64,000 nt of DNA from Candidatus Eremiobacteria bacterium. GTDB lineage: Bacteria; Vulcanimicrobiota; Vulcanimicrobiia; Vulcanimicrobiales; Vulcanimicrobiaceae. Position 1 is the stretch's first letter. Every line of letters begins with the position of its first letter. Below the pieces are notes generated by a model. The model did no database searches, was not told the origin of the DNA, and saw only the letters and a program-made list of their open reading frames with translations. Location: NCBI GenBank assembly GCA_963758295.1, contig CAVWUU010000004.1, forward strand, positions 1,216,001 through 1,280,000, in the 5' to 3' direction. Shown piece by piece: positions 8,868 through 20,256 of the stretch. The translations under genes and the position numbers were made by a program.

Positions 8868-11480
8868 TTAGTGGGCGTGCCACTCGAGCTGGAGGCGAAT
8901 CGTACGCGGCAACGCCGGAATGATCGACGTGGGGTACGGCACGTACTGGCCCTTGTTGTTCTCTCCCGTCAGCGGAATGCCGACGTTCGGGAGCACGAGA
9001 TTGTTGTACGCGTTGCTGTTGAACAGGTTGTCAGCCGAGACTTGCAGGTTGAGCACCTTGTTCACGGGGTGACGGTACGTCGCGTTGAAGAGCACGAGCG
9101 GCGCCTGGTTGTAGGAGTTGTTCTTGCCCTCGAAGTCTGCACCGAGCGCGAAGTACGTACGGTCGCGGAACGTGTACTGGAGTTGACCGTAAGCCTTCAG
9201 GTACGGAATGCAAACCGCTGCAGCGGTACCGCACTGTTGCACGCCGTTCGCGGGCACCGAGCCCGCCGGCGAGAACGCCGCGACCGGAATGCCGTTGATG
9301 ATCGAGCGCTGGAGCGAACCCGTTACGTAGTAGCCCAGACCGAAGTTCGGCTGGAACGCGTACTTGAGGGTCGCGACTTGCGCCGCCAGGTTCGCCGCGT
9401 TGATCGGCATGTTGGTGTAGACGTAGTTCGGATTGTCGACTTCCGCCGTAAGCGTCTCGAAGACGTTACTCACGTTCATGTTGAGGTAGTCGAAGCTCAG
9501 AACGCTGCCGTCGTGCAGGCGCTTGTCGACGCCGAGGCCCCACGAGTGGGCGACTTCCGGCGATAAGAACGGGTTCTTCTCCACGAGCGTGGTGCCGAGG
9601 GGCGCCGTGGCCGTCGGCTGCTGGATGTAGGCAGAACCGCTGACGTTACCGGCGTACGGGAAGTTTACCGACGAACCGAACGACGCGCGGTACGAGAGCC
9701 CGCCCGACGGCGAGAACGTGAGTGCAACGTGCGGGTCGAGGTGGTTAACGCTTCGGCCGAGTTTCACCGTGTTTACGGTGGACGAGCCGGGAGCCGAAAC
9801 GACCGACTGCCAGCCGTCGAGCTGCCAGTTGGTGTCGTAAAGACCGGCGGCGAGCGTCGTCTTCGGATTGAGCGCGAAGTTGCCCGTAAGCGAGAACGTA
9901 TTGGTACGCGCGATGGTGTCGGGAACGACGACCGGAAGCGCGCCGCCCGCAACGATGGAACCGGCTTGCGCGTACGTTCCGTCGCTGTGGTAGTCGTACG
10001 TTGCCGTCACGTCGTTGTCGCCGAAGGGATGCACGAACGACACGGTCGTTCCATGCAGTTTGTCGAGTTCGAACGTGGTGTACGGCGACTGCATCACTGC
10101 CGCGCCGGCCGCCGTGTAGTGATCCGGGTAGAGCGATTCGCCGCCGCCGTCGACGTCACGGAGAACCGATCCGGCGTACGGACGTACAAGCAACGTGTTG
10201 TTGCCGATCGCCGTACGGAACTGGCCTTCCCAAATCGGCTGGTCGTTGAAGACGTTGGATCCTGGATAGAAGATGTATCCGTTGATCGTCTTGCCGACGT
10301 ATTGGCCGAAGTTCGGGTTGGTGCACTGCATGGAACCGCTGATGGTCGCGCAAGGCACGATCGTCATGTTTCCCGCGTACTGCCCGTACGACGTCGCCTG
10401 CGGGTAGAAACCCGACTGCGAACCGACGTAGGCGAGTTCGAACGACGTGGCGTTCGAGAAGTCGTACTTAGCTTTCAGCACTTCGCCTTTTTGGAAAAGC
10501 GGGGCGCTGAGATTGCCGCACGATTGAATGATGCCGGTGCTTCCCGGGAGGTTCGTCAGCGCGGACTTGACCGGCTTGACGATACAGCCTTGCGACCCTT
10601 GATACGGACCGTTTTCGCTGTTGTAACCGAGCGCCATCACGTACGAGAACTTCTGGCCCAGTTTACCGGTCGTCAAGAAATCCGAGTACTGTGCTGCGTA
10701 GTTGTCCATACCGACGACGAAACGCGTTTCCGGACGGCCGTTGTAAGACGGCGTGACGAAGTTCGCGGTACCGCCGATGGCGCTGCCCGCAAACGGCGTC
10801 GTGTTGCCCGGACCGATTTCCGTTTCGATGCCCGAGAGCATGAACGAGTTGAAATACTGCGTGATCCACGAACCGTAGCGGCCGGTCGAGAGCGGATGTC
10901 CGTCGAGGAGCACCTGCGTCTCGTACGGCTGCGCGCCGGCGAGCGAGATCGACGTGTTGGGCGCACTGCTCGTGCGCTGAATGTTCAGGCCCGGAACCTG
11001 CTGCAGCGCTTCGTTGATCTGCGGCGAGCCGAGATCTTGAAGGTGCTGCGCGCTCACGATCGTTTCTGCGGTCGGGCTCGTGTTGATCGAGCTATGCATA
11101 GACGTGTGAACTGTTGCAATCGTGCGCAACGACGTAAGGTCGGGCTGTTGCAGCACGACGTTTTCGGCAAGGCTGCCGCCGCTCGTCAGAGCGATGTCGT
11201 GCGCTTCGGCGGAAAGATATCCGCCTTTATTGACCTGGAGTTCGTAGATCCCCGGGGCGAGATTCGTGAAACCGAACGCGCCGTTGGCATCCGAGGTCGT
11301 GACTTGACGGTTTGCACCGGTCAGCACGATCCGCGCGCCCACGACGGGCGCTCCCGAGGCCGAATGAACTATGCCGGTAATTGCAGCGTTCTTCGCAACC
11401 GTGACCGCCTCGTCCGAACGAGCGGCGGCCGGGGATACGGCAAGAAGCACGGCAAGCACCAGAGCGATTCGAGAAAACAC
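8868..11480 (-). CDS. TonB-dependent receptor with N-terminal carboxypeptidase-regulatory-like domain
   Basis: Signal peptide, ITGIVHSASGAPVVGA...GIYELQV domain, plug (ALQQVPGL, LLDGHPL), C-terminal NLFN...PRTIRLQLEW. Confidence 0.9.
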   Translation of the reverse strand: MFSRIALVLAVLLAVSPAAARSDEAVTVAKNAAITGIVHSASGAPVVGARIVLTGANRQVTTSDANGAFGFTNLAPGIYELQVNKGGYLSAEAHDIALTSGGSLAENVVLQQPDLTSLRTIATVHTSMHSSINTSPTAETIVSAQHLQDLGSPQINEALQQVPGLNIQRTSSAPNTSISLAGAQPYETQVLLDGHPLSTGRYGSWITQYFNSFMLSGIETEIGPGNTTPFAGSAIGGTANFVTPSYNGRPETRFVVGMDNYAAQYSDFLTTGKLGQKFSYVMALGYNSENGPYQGSQGCIVKPVKSALTNLPGSTGIIQSCGNLSAPLFQKGEVLKAKYDFSNATSFELAYVGSQSGFYPQATSYGQYAGNMTIVPCATISGSMQCTNPNFGQYVGKTINGYIFYPGSNVFNDQPIWEGQFRTAIGNNTLLVRPYAGSVLRDVDGGGESLYPDHYTAAGAAVMQSPYTTFELDKLHGTTVSFVHPFGDNDVTATYDYHSDGTYAQAGSIVAGGALPVVVPDTIARTNTFSLTGNFALNPKTTLAAGLYDTNWQLDGWQSVVSAPGSSTVNTVKLGRSVNHLDPHVALTFSPSGGLSYRASFGSSVNFPYAGNVSGSAYIQQPTATAPLGTTLVEKNPFLSPEVAHSWGLGVDKRLHDGSVLSFDYLNMNVSNVFETLTAEVDNPNYVYTNMPINAANLAAQVATLKYAFQPNFGLGYYVTGSLQRSIINGIPVAAFSPAGSVPANGVQQCGTAAAVCIPYLKAYGQLQYTFRDRTYFALGADFEGKNNSYNQAPLVLFNATYRHPVNKVLNLQVSADNLFNSNAYNNLVLPNVGIPLTGENNKGQYVPYPTSIIPALPRTIRLQLEWHAH

Positions 11481-11600
11481 TCGAAACCTTCTCCGTTCTT
11501 ATCGTAAATAGCAAAAGCGTGCGCCATACGGCACAACGCCCTTACGCTACCACGCGCGGGTTAATTGGCCTTTAAGAACGTGCAAAAACGCCATATTTCG

Positions 11601-11616
11601 TGCGATTTATGTCGCA
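11601..11616. promoter_or_regulatory. CRP/FNR-family-like palindrome TGCGA-N6-TCGCA
   Basis: Perfect 5-6-5 palindrome about 120 bp upstream of the receptor start. Confidence 0.45.
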
Positions 11617-11637
11617 ACCACCTCCGCCGTGCAGAGA

Positions 11638-11961
11638 TCAGTCCTCGTCTTCGTGTAGATGAAGGTGGCAGCCGTCTTCGGCATCCGAAAGGACGTCGCG
11701 GGCTTCGCTGAGGACGTGTTGCGACAAAGGCTGCTCGGGCGGCGTAATGCTTCCCTCAGATGCAAGGAACGCGGATTCGCTCCAATCTTCCCATGTCTCG
11801 AGCGGTTCGCCGTCCATTTCGGCGGGAAACCGGACGCAAAAGCCCTGGTCTACGTGAACGCCGACGACCATGACGCGCGTGCCGCGCGGAAAGTACGTTC
11901 CGTCCTTCCACAGCGTGCCGTACGTAGTGTCGTAGTGCTGGCCGATGCGTAGCGCTTCTAT
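11638..11961 (-). CDS. Small acidic hypothetical protein with His/Cys-rich C-terminus (start ATA 11961 or ATG 11871)
   Basis: Frame open upstream of ATG 11871 (IEALRIGQHYDTTYGTLWKDGTYFPRGTRV); ends GCHLHLHEDED; follows the ALDH stop by 14 bp. Confidence 0.65.
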   Translation of the reverse strand: MEALRIGQHYDTTYGTLWKDGTYFPRGTRVMVVGVHVDQGFCVRFPAEMDGEPLETWEDWSESAFLASEGSITPPEQPLSQHVLSEARDVLSDAEDGCHLHLHEDED

Positions 11962-11975
11962 GGTTGCCTGTCTCT

Positions 11976-13466
11976 CTAGACGCCGAACGGGTTCATCGAT
12001 TTTTCCCCGATGTAGGTCAGAACGCTCTTCGTCTCGCTATAGAGCCGCATCGTTTCCATGCCGAGCTCGCGGCCGTATCCCGATTGTTTATACCCGCCGA
12101 ACGGCACTCCAGGAAACACCGAGTATGGCGTGTTGATCGCAACGGTGCCGCTTCGGATAGCACGCGCGGTGCGGTTGGCTCGTCCGATGTTCTGCGACCA
12201 CACGCTCGCGGAAAGACCGTAGTCGCTGGCGTTTGCGAGGGTAATCGCTTCGGCTTCGTCCTCGAAGCGCACGAGCGAAACGACCGGTCCGAAAATTTCT
12301 TCGGTCGCCACACGATGGTGCGGCTCGGCTTCGAACGCGCTGACGGTCCAGAACATTCCTTCGGCGTTCATGCCGTCCATCGGCGCGGCCATTCCGCCGA
12401 TAAGGACGCGAGCACCTTCGTCGCGTCCAATGTCGCAGTACGATTGAATCTTCTCGTACTGTTCGCGCATCGTGATCGCGCCTACGTGCGTCTGTGGATC
12501 TTCAGGATTTCCAACGCGCACGTTTTTCGCGCGCTCCACGAAAGCTTCCGCGAACTTGTCGTAGATCGAGCTTTGAACGAGCACGCGCGAACGCGCTTCA
12601 CATGTTTGCCCCGCGTTGTAGTAAATTCCGTACAGCGCTCCCGCAACCGCCGCATCGATATCCGCATCGTCGAAGACGACCGAGGGCGACTTGCCGCCAA
12701 GCTCGAGCGTCACGCGCTTGAGCGTCTGCGCGGCCGTCTGCGCAACGATTTTTCCTGTCGCGGTACTGCCGGTGAAGGCAATCTTATCGATCGCCGGATG
12801 CTCGACGATCCATTGCCCCAGTTCGCGTCCCGAACCCGTGACCACGTTCAGCACGCCTTCGGGCAATCCGGCTTCGAGCGCGATTTTTCCAAGCTCGATC
12901 GCGCTAAGCGGCGTCGACGGCGCAGGCTTTAGAATGACCGTGCAGCCGGCCGCGAGCGCCGGCGCAACTTTCCACGAGGCCAGCAGCAACGGAAAGTTCC
13001 AAGGGATGATGGCGCCCACGACGCCGACGGGTTCACGAACCGTATTCGCAAGATATGTTGCGAGCGGCGGAGGCATCGTTTCGCCGTAGTTCTTCGTTGC
13101 GGCGCCGGCATAGAACTCAAAGCAGTCGACGATGGCGCTGATCTCGCCTTTTGCCGTCGCGATAGGTTTACCGTTGTCGCGGACTTCCAGCATCGCGAGA
13201 TCGTTCGCGCGCTCACTGATGAGTTGCGCGATTTTGTACAAGACCTTCGCTTTGCGCGAGGCAGGCGTCGAGGCCCACTTTCCGGCATCGAACGCGCGGC
13301 GCGCGCTTTGCACGGCCGCGTCGACATCCTCGCGGCTTGCTTCCGCAACACCGGCAAGCGTCGCGCCCGTCGCGGGATTGCGATTTTCGTACGTGGCGCC
13401 CGATGATGCGTCGCGCCATTGTCCGCCGATGAGCAGTTGCGTTGTGGCCGTCGCCGTGGTAGTCAT
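11976..13466 (-). CDS. NAD-dependent aldehyde dehydrogenase
   Basis: IIPWNFP, FTGST, LELGGKSP, NAGQTC (catalytic Cys), EEIFGPV, PFGGYKQSG; start trimmed to ATG 13466. Confidence 0.95.
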   Translation of the reverse strand: MTTTATATTQLLIGGQWRDASSGATYENRNPATGATLAGVAEASREDVDAAVQSARRAFDAGKWASTPASRKAKVLYKIAQLISERANDLAMLEVRDNGKPIATAKGEISAIVDCFEFYAGAATKNYGETMPPPLATYLANTVREPVGVVGAIIPWNFPLLLASWKVAPALAAGCTVILKPAPSTPLSAIELGKIALEAGLPEGVLNVVTGSGRELGQWIVEHPAIDKIAFTGSTATGKIVAQTAAQTLKRVTLELGGKSPSVVFDDADIDAAVAGALYGIYYNAGQTCEARSRVLVQSSIYDKFAEAFVERAKNVRVGNPEDPQTHVGAITMREQYEKIQSYCDIGRDEGARVLIGGMAAPMDGMNAEGMFWTVSAFEAEPHHRVATEEIFGPVVSLVRFEDEAEAITLANASDYGLSASVWSQNIGRANRTARAIRSGTVAINTPYSVFPGVPFGGYKQSGYGRELGMETMRLYSETKSVLTYIGEKSMNPFGV

Positions 13467-13467
13467 G

Positions 13468-14630
<1,163 letters not shown>

Positions 14631-14644
<14 letters not shown>

Positions 14645-16220
14645 CAAACCCTTCTTCCGGCGTTTGCTCTACGTCCAGCACCCATAACGAGCGATCCGGA
14701 GCCCATTCGCGGCCTTCCGACTCCGCGAGGCGGTTTAGGATGCGCGCGACGCGTGCGCCGCCTATTTCCCGTCCCCACGCGATCGGACCGATTGGATAGT
14801 TCACGCCAAGGCGCATCGCTAGATCGATGTCGTCGGCAGTTGCGACGTTTTCATGCACAGCGATAACGGCTTCGTTGACGATAGACGCCACGACACGCCC
14901 TACGAAAAGGCCGGGAGAATCCTCGACGAGCACGACGCCCTTTCCGAGGGAGGCGAACAGTTCTTGCGCGAGCGCAAGGGCATCGTCCGAAACCTGTTCC
15001 GTGTCGACGATTTCAACCGCGCTTTGACTTTCTAGCGCGCCGAGCACACCGAATCCCACAAGCCGTTCGGGATGCTGCATCGCGTGCGCCGCAGCGTCCA
15101 AATCAGTAGCGTATGCGTCGGTGAAAATGACGGTTTCCGGCCCAAAGACGGAATCGAGTTGCGCTGCAACGCTTGCACGATCGGCGTGGCCGTCGCCGGC
15201 GTCGATAGCAATCGTCGCATCGACCGGAACTTGCTCCAGGAACTCGTCGTTTTCTATTCGCGTAACGCGGGCGTAATGTTGGTCAAGCAATTCCGCCAGC
15301 TCGTCGGCGATACCACCGAATCCGATGAGCACCACGTGTTCGTCTTCGTTTGGCTCACCCGGCTCTTCGGGCGCGGCATCCAGGCGCTGCGGCGGCCCGT
15401 CGGAGTAATCGTAAAACCCGGCGCCGGTCTTGCGTCCCAAGCGTCCGGATTCAACCATCCGCCGTTGAAGTTGAACGGGCGCTAGACGCTCGGCTTCGAG
15501 CCGTTGATACACCGATTCCGTCGTCGCAAGGTTGACGTCTAAGCCAATAAGATCCATCAGCTCGAACGGGCCCATGCGAAAGCCGGCACCACGCGCGAGC
15601 GCATCGAGTTCTTCGAGCGAGGCGACGCCGCGATCGAAAGCCCTCAGCGACTGCAAGTAAAAAGGCCGCGCAACGCGGTTTACGATGAACCCGGGCGTGT
15701 CGGCGGCAAGTACGCCGTGCTTTCCTATTCGTTCGACGAATCGTTGTGCGCGGGCGACCGAGTCGTCGGAAGTCTCCGGCGCGGCAACGATCTCTACTAG
15801 GTCCATTACCGAAGGCGGATTGAAAAAATGCAATCCTACCACACGTTCGGGATTGGGCAGGTGTCCGGCGAGATCTTCGACTGAAAGCGCCGACGTGTTG
15901 GTTGCAATGAGTGCTTTATCGTCGAGCGCTTGCGCAAGTTGTTTCAGCACCTCGCGCTTTAAGTCGAAGCTTTCGGGAACGGCTTCGATCGCGATCGCCG
16001 CTTCGCTGGTCGGCGGAATGCGGTCGCTCCAACGAATGCGGCTGAGCACCGCGGCGCCGCCTTCCGTGCGTTGCGCTTCTTTCTGAAGCCGGGCGAGGCC
16101 ACGCTCGCGCGCCGCTGCATCGGGCTCCACGAGTGCGACGACGTAACCGCCGCGCGCGGCCACGAAGGCAATTCCGGCGCCCATCGTTCCGGCGCCGACG
16201 ATAAGGATCATATCCTCCAC
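14631..16220 (-). CDS. paaH: 3-hydroxyacyl-CoA dehydrogenase (PaaH-like, tandem domains)
   Basis: GAGTMGAGIA, ATNTS, GLHFFNP, DTPGFIVNRV, DIDLAMRLGVNYPIGP. Confidence 0.92.
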
Positions 16221-16273
16221 GGCGCTGCTGTTCGCGACAGGAGCCGCAGACGCTTCCTCCGATTAGCACCGGA

Positions 16274-16819
16274 ATGGAAAAGCCGCAGTGGCGAGTGCGT
16301 TCATCGAGCTACGTTATCGATTCACCCTTCCTTCGTCTCCGAAAGGACGAGTTAGAGCTGCCGAACGGAGCTATCGTTCCTGACTATTACGTGCGGGAAT
16401 CACGCGGCTTCGTCATCGTGTTGGCCATTACGCCGGAGAATCAAGCGGTCCTCGTCGAGCAGTACCGCTACGGAAACGACTCCATGGTCATCGAGCTGCC
16501 TGCCGGATCGATCGACGAAAACGAAGGTGCGCTCGCGTGCGCGCGCCGCGAGCTCATCGAAGAAACCGGGTATTCTTCCGACGAGTGGGAGTTCGTTTCC
16601 GCCGTACCGGCCGAACCGGTGCGCTCCGATTCGGTGATGCACTGCTATGTCGCTCGAAACGCGAAAGCGTCCGCCGCCCAATCGCTCGACGTTACGGAAC
16701 ATATCGAGGTGCTGCTCGTGCCGCTCGACCGCCTTCGCGCGATGCTGCGCGACGCCGCCATCGGTTCCGTCGCCTCGGTCGCGGCAGCTTACGCGGCGTT
16801 AGACCGAATCGGAGCGTAG
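16274..16819 (+). CDS. NUDIX hydrolase (ADP-ribose pyrophosphatase-like)
   Basis: Nudix box ELPAGSIDENEGALACARRELIEETGY; VEQYRY. Confidence 0.92.
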   Translation: MEKPQWRVRSSSYVIDSPFLRLRKDELELPNGAIVPDYYVRESRGFVIVLAITPENQAVLVEQYRYGNDSMVIELPAGSIDENEGALACARRELIEETGYSSDEWEFVSAVPAEPVRSDSVMHCYVARNAKASAAQSLDVTEHIEVLLVPLDRLRAMLRDAAIGSVASVAAAYAALDRIGA

Positions 16820-17554
16820 TCGCGAGCGCGGGTTCCGCGCACTCGTTGCGCCGCGAAGAAGCGCGCGCAGCTCGGCAAGGGAGCCGAACGGATAAACTTT
16901 CTCCTCGCCGCATGCGACTACGGCTATATCTTCCTTCGCCCGCACGAACGGACGCAAGGCCGCGGCGCACGCTTGCGAAAGCACGTTCAACCCGCGCGAG
17001 TACGGCGTCAGAGCCGGAACGATGATGGCATGCGGTGAGGCGAGGAACGCCGGCGCCGCATGATCGCCGCCGAGATGAATCGATGGATGCAGATGGCCGG
17101 CAATGATTCGTGCGGCCGCAACCGGCTCGTCGCCGTGCACGAGCATCCAGCCGTCGCGTTCAAGACTTTCAAACGTTTCGCCTAGAACCCCAGCGCCACG
17201 CGTGCGACCTTCGTGATTGCCGGCGATTATCGTGACTTCGCAATGCGCGCGTAGGAGTTGCAATGCTCCGGTGACCGTGCGCGCGGCGCCCTCGCTCATG
17301 CGGCTGCCGTGAATCACGTCGCCGAGGAACACGAGTTCGCGCGCCGCCATTTTTCGTGCCGCCTGCGAGAGAATGGTGACCGATTGCGCGGTGCTCCAAA
17401 GCGGCAGCGCCGCACCTATAACGTCTTCGTACGCGAAATGGACGTCGGCAGCGATTATGACTCGCGACTGCTCCAAAAAAAGCAGCCCGTGGGGCAACGC
17501 CACGGCGCCGGGGACAAGTTGAACCGTCGACGCAGCACGTTGAGGAACGATCAC
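16799..17554 (-). CDS. Calcineurin-like metallophosphoesterase (Lhr-associated MPE type)
   Basis: ADVH, GDVIH, GNHE, HGD, GHLHP motifs; GTGA overlap with the helicase stop. Confidence 0.88.
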   Translation of the reverse strand: MIVPQRAASTVQLVPGAVALPHGLLFLEQSRVIIAADVHFAYEDVIGAALPLWSTAQSVTILSQAARKMAARELVFLGDVIHGSRMSEGAARTVTGALQLLRAHCEVTIIAGNHEGRTRGAGVLGETFESLERDGWMLVHGDEPVAAARIIAGHLHPSIHLGGDHAAPAFLASPHAIIVPALTPYSRGLNVLSQACAAALRPFVRAKEDIAVVACGEEKVYPFGSLAELRALLRGATSARNPRSRLRSDSV

Positions 17555-20214
17555 GAACCGAACCGTAACTGCAGTTGGAGTTCGCTCGCACCATGCGGTG
17601 CAAGGTCTTCACCTTCCGACGCGCGCTCGCCGAGCAACTCCAGAACCCGCTCGTGCAACGCTTCGACCATCGTGGCGCGATCGTCAAGCACGACTGAATC
17701 GCCGAACGACGAGGTAACGATGCCGAAGGTAAACGGCGTCGCCGCCGGCGGATGCGTAACGCGCAGTTCACCCACGATGCTTTCCAAATACGCAAGCGCG
17801 CCGGGCGCGTCCAGCAAATCGCGCGTGACCGTGCGCAGCGTTTCTCGCAGCAGCGGAAACTCCGGATCGCGGCGGTACACCGCTTCGAATATCCGCGTGC
17901 TGTTCCAACTTTGCGCACCACGCCGTAAACTTCTTCCGGCGGCCCGGCGCAGCACGAGCAGTCCGGTGTTCGCAACGTAACGGAAAAAGTTTCGCAAGAG
18001 ATGCGAGCTGCGAAGCCCAGCCATCAAGTCCTTTTCGAAGTCCCCGGTATGCAGCATGCTCGCCCAGGTAGCGTCTGGAAGCGACTTGCGCACAGGTAAG
18101 GTGACGAGAAATCCGTTGTCGTCGGTCGTAATCTGCGTGTTTACTTGCGCGGCTTCGAAGATGCGGGCGCCGACGACCCGCGCAAGCGTTTCGTTGATGC
18201 GGCGTCCCGCGCAGGTGTGAAACACAGCCGTCTGCCGCCGGTCCATCCGGTAGATTTCAATGACCGGCCGGCCCTCTTCCGGGATAGCGGAAAGCGCCTG
18301 TTGTTGCGCGACATAGCGCAGCACAAGCGACGCTTCGTGGCCTTCAAGCCCGTAACGGTTCTTCAAAAACGCGAGCGCGCTTTGCGCTTCCCGCTCTCGT
18401 AAGAACCGCGCGACCCCGGTACGCAAGGTTGTGATTTCGCTCGCGAGCGACGGCGGAATGCCTTTGAGTTGCGAGCTCCACTGCGGTACCGTGGGACGGC
18501 CCGCGTACGGCTCGGCCGTGATGCCGGTCGTGCCGATTTCTTTTACCCGCATCGTGCGTCCGTTCAAAACGAACACGTCGCCCACGCGCAGCTCGTTGAC
18601 GAAACTTTCTTCGACGCGTCCGACGTCCGCGCCGCCCGCCATTCGAACGAGCACGCGTTGTTCGTCCGGAATCGTGCCGACGTTTTCGAAAAACGCCGCG
18701 CACACTTCCCGTCCGAGCCCGTAGATCGCTTCACCGTCGAATCCCAACCGCCGTACGTGCGCTTCGTCGGGACCGACGCCACCGCCGGAAAGATACTGCG
18801 CGCAGCGAACGACGTCGCCGCGTTCCAGCGCTCGGTACGGATACGCGCGACGCGCCGTCTCCACCACTTCGTCGACCGTCAGTCGCTTGTCGTAACAAAC
18901 GCTTCCGACCATCCACTGCGCGAGCACGTCGAGCGGCGCTTGCGGAATTGCCACTTCGTCGATGATTCCATCGGCGATGCAGCGTTTGGTGGCCGCCGCT
19001 TCGATTATGTCATCGCGGTCTTGCGCGATGATCGTGCCACGCGCAATCGCATCGGGCCGGTGGCCGGCTCGGCCGATACGCTGCAGCGTCGGCGTCACTC
19101 CGCGGGCACCGCCGATAATGAGCACACGATCGATGAAGCCGATGTCAACGCCAAGCTCGAGACTCGAACTACACACAACGGTGTGTAGCTTTCCGGCGCG
19201 TAATGCCGCTTCGACACGATGACGAACGCTGCGTTCAAGTGCGGAATGGTGGACGCCGATCCGGGGATCGTACCGCTTGGGCATTTCCTGGCCTTCGACT
19301 TCCTCGATCGAGTCGTCGTCGCCGGCAATGAGGGCCATCTCGTGCGCAACGCGTTCGGCTTGACTGCGGACATTGGTGAACACTAGCGAAGTTTGCACGT
19401 CTTCCGCAAGATCGCGGGCGGTTTGCGCGATTTTCGGCAGGGGCGCCATCGCGCCGGAGAACGGCGCGTGCACGTCGATGCGGATGCTTCGCAACCCGCG
19501 ATGATCGATGACGTCGCATTCCCGGCCTTCGCCGGCAACAAAGCGTGCAACTCGCTCGAGCGGCGAAACGGTCGCCGAAAGGCCGACGCGATTGAAATCG
19601 TTTTCGGAAAGGCGCTCGAGCGATTCGAGCAAGAGCGAAAGCTGCGCGCCGCGCTTGTTGCCGGCGAGGGCGTGCACTTCGTCGATGACGACCGTTTCGA
19701 GCAATCGCAACCCGCGCCGATAGCTCTCCATGCCAAGCATCACGGCGAGCGACTCCGGCGTCGTCACCAAGATGTGGGGCGGGCGCGAAAGCATGAGCCG
19801 CCGTTCTTCTTTGGGCGTATCGCCCGTGCGTACGCCGGTGCGCACGAACTGCTCGCGAATTCTTCCGCGGCGCTTCTTGGCGCGCTCGGTGTTCGGGCGT
19901 TCCAGCAACTGCATTTCGCGCATCGGGCGGCGCAAGTTGTGCTCGACGTCGTAGCCCAGCGCCCGCAGCGGCGAAATGTAGAGCGCGTAGGTTCGCGCAA
20001 AGAGCTCGTCGCGGTCGCGCAGGTCTGCCAGGTGCGAGATTACCGGCAAGAAGGCGGCCAGCGTCTTTCCGGTGCCGGTCGGCGAGCAAATCAGAAGGTT
20101 CCGGCGCTCCAGCCCGCGCGGCACCGCGTCGCGTTGAGGCGGCGTCGGCTCACCAAGGTGTTCGGTGCACCAACGCGCCACGTCCGGGTGCAGCGCGGAA
20201 AAAGCGGACTCCAT
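17551..20214 (-). CDS. lhr: Lhr-family SF2 DEAD/DEAH-box helicase (Lhr-core size)
   Basis: SPTGTGKT, YISPLRAL, DEVH, LSAT, HHSAL, QRIGRAGH, PLDVLAQ, ENVGTIPD. Confidence 0.93.
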   Translation of the reverse strand: MESAFSALHPDVARWCTEHLGEPTPPQRDAVPRGLERRNLLICSPTGTGKTLAAFLPVISHLADLRDRDELFARTYALYISPLRALGYDVEHNLRRPMREMQLLERPNTERAKKRRGRIREQFVRTGVRTGDTPKEERRLMLSRPPHILVTTPESLAVMLGMESYRRGLRLLETVVIDEVHALAGNKRGAQLSLLLESLERLSENDFNRVGLSATVSPLERVARFVAGEGRECDVIDHRGLRSIRIDVHAPFSGAMAPLPKIAQTARDLAEDVQTSLVFTNVRSQAERVAHEMALIAGDDDSIEEVEGQEMPKRYDPRIGVHHSALERSVRHRVEAALRAGKLHTVVCSSSLELGVDIGFIDRVLIIGGARGVTPTLQRIGRAGHRPDAIARGTIIAQDRDDIIEAAATKRCIADGIIDEVAIPQAPLDVLAQWMVGSVCYDKRLTVDEVVETARRAYPYRALERGDVVRCAQYLSGGGVGPDEAHVRRLGFDGEAIYGLGREVCAAFFENVGTIPDEQRVLVRMAGGADVGRVEESFVNELRVGDVFVLNGRTMRVKEIGTTGITAEPYAGRPTVPQWSSQLKGIPPSLASEITTLRTGVARFLREREAQSALAFLKNRYGLEGHEASLVLRYVAQQQALSAIPEEGRPVIEIYRMDRRQTAVFHTCAGRRINETLARVVGARIFEAAQVNTQITTDDNGFLVTLPVRKSLPDATWASMLHTGDFEKDLMAGLRSSHLLRNFFRYVANTGLLVLRRAAGRSLRRGAQSWNSTRIFEAVYRRDPEFPLLRETLRTVTRDLLDAPGALAYLESIVGELRVTHPPAATPFTFGIVTSSFGDSVVLDDRATMVEALHERVLELLGERASEGEDLAPHGASELQLQLRFGS

Positions 20215-20256
20215 GGGAACGAACTGACGTTCGCCCCCATGGCGCGCGCTTCTTCT

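Noticed and set aside
8871..11507. Long plus-strand ORFs (231 and 592 aa) opposite the TonB receptor
   Set aside because: Antisense shadows caused by strong codon bias; no motifs or RBS
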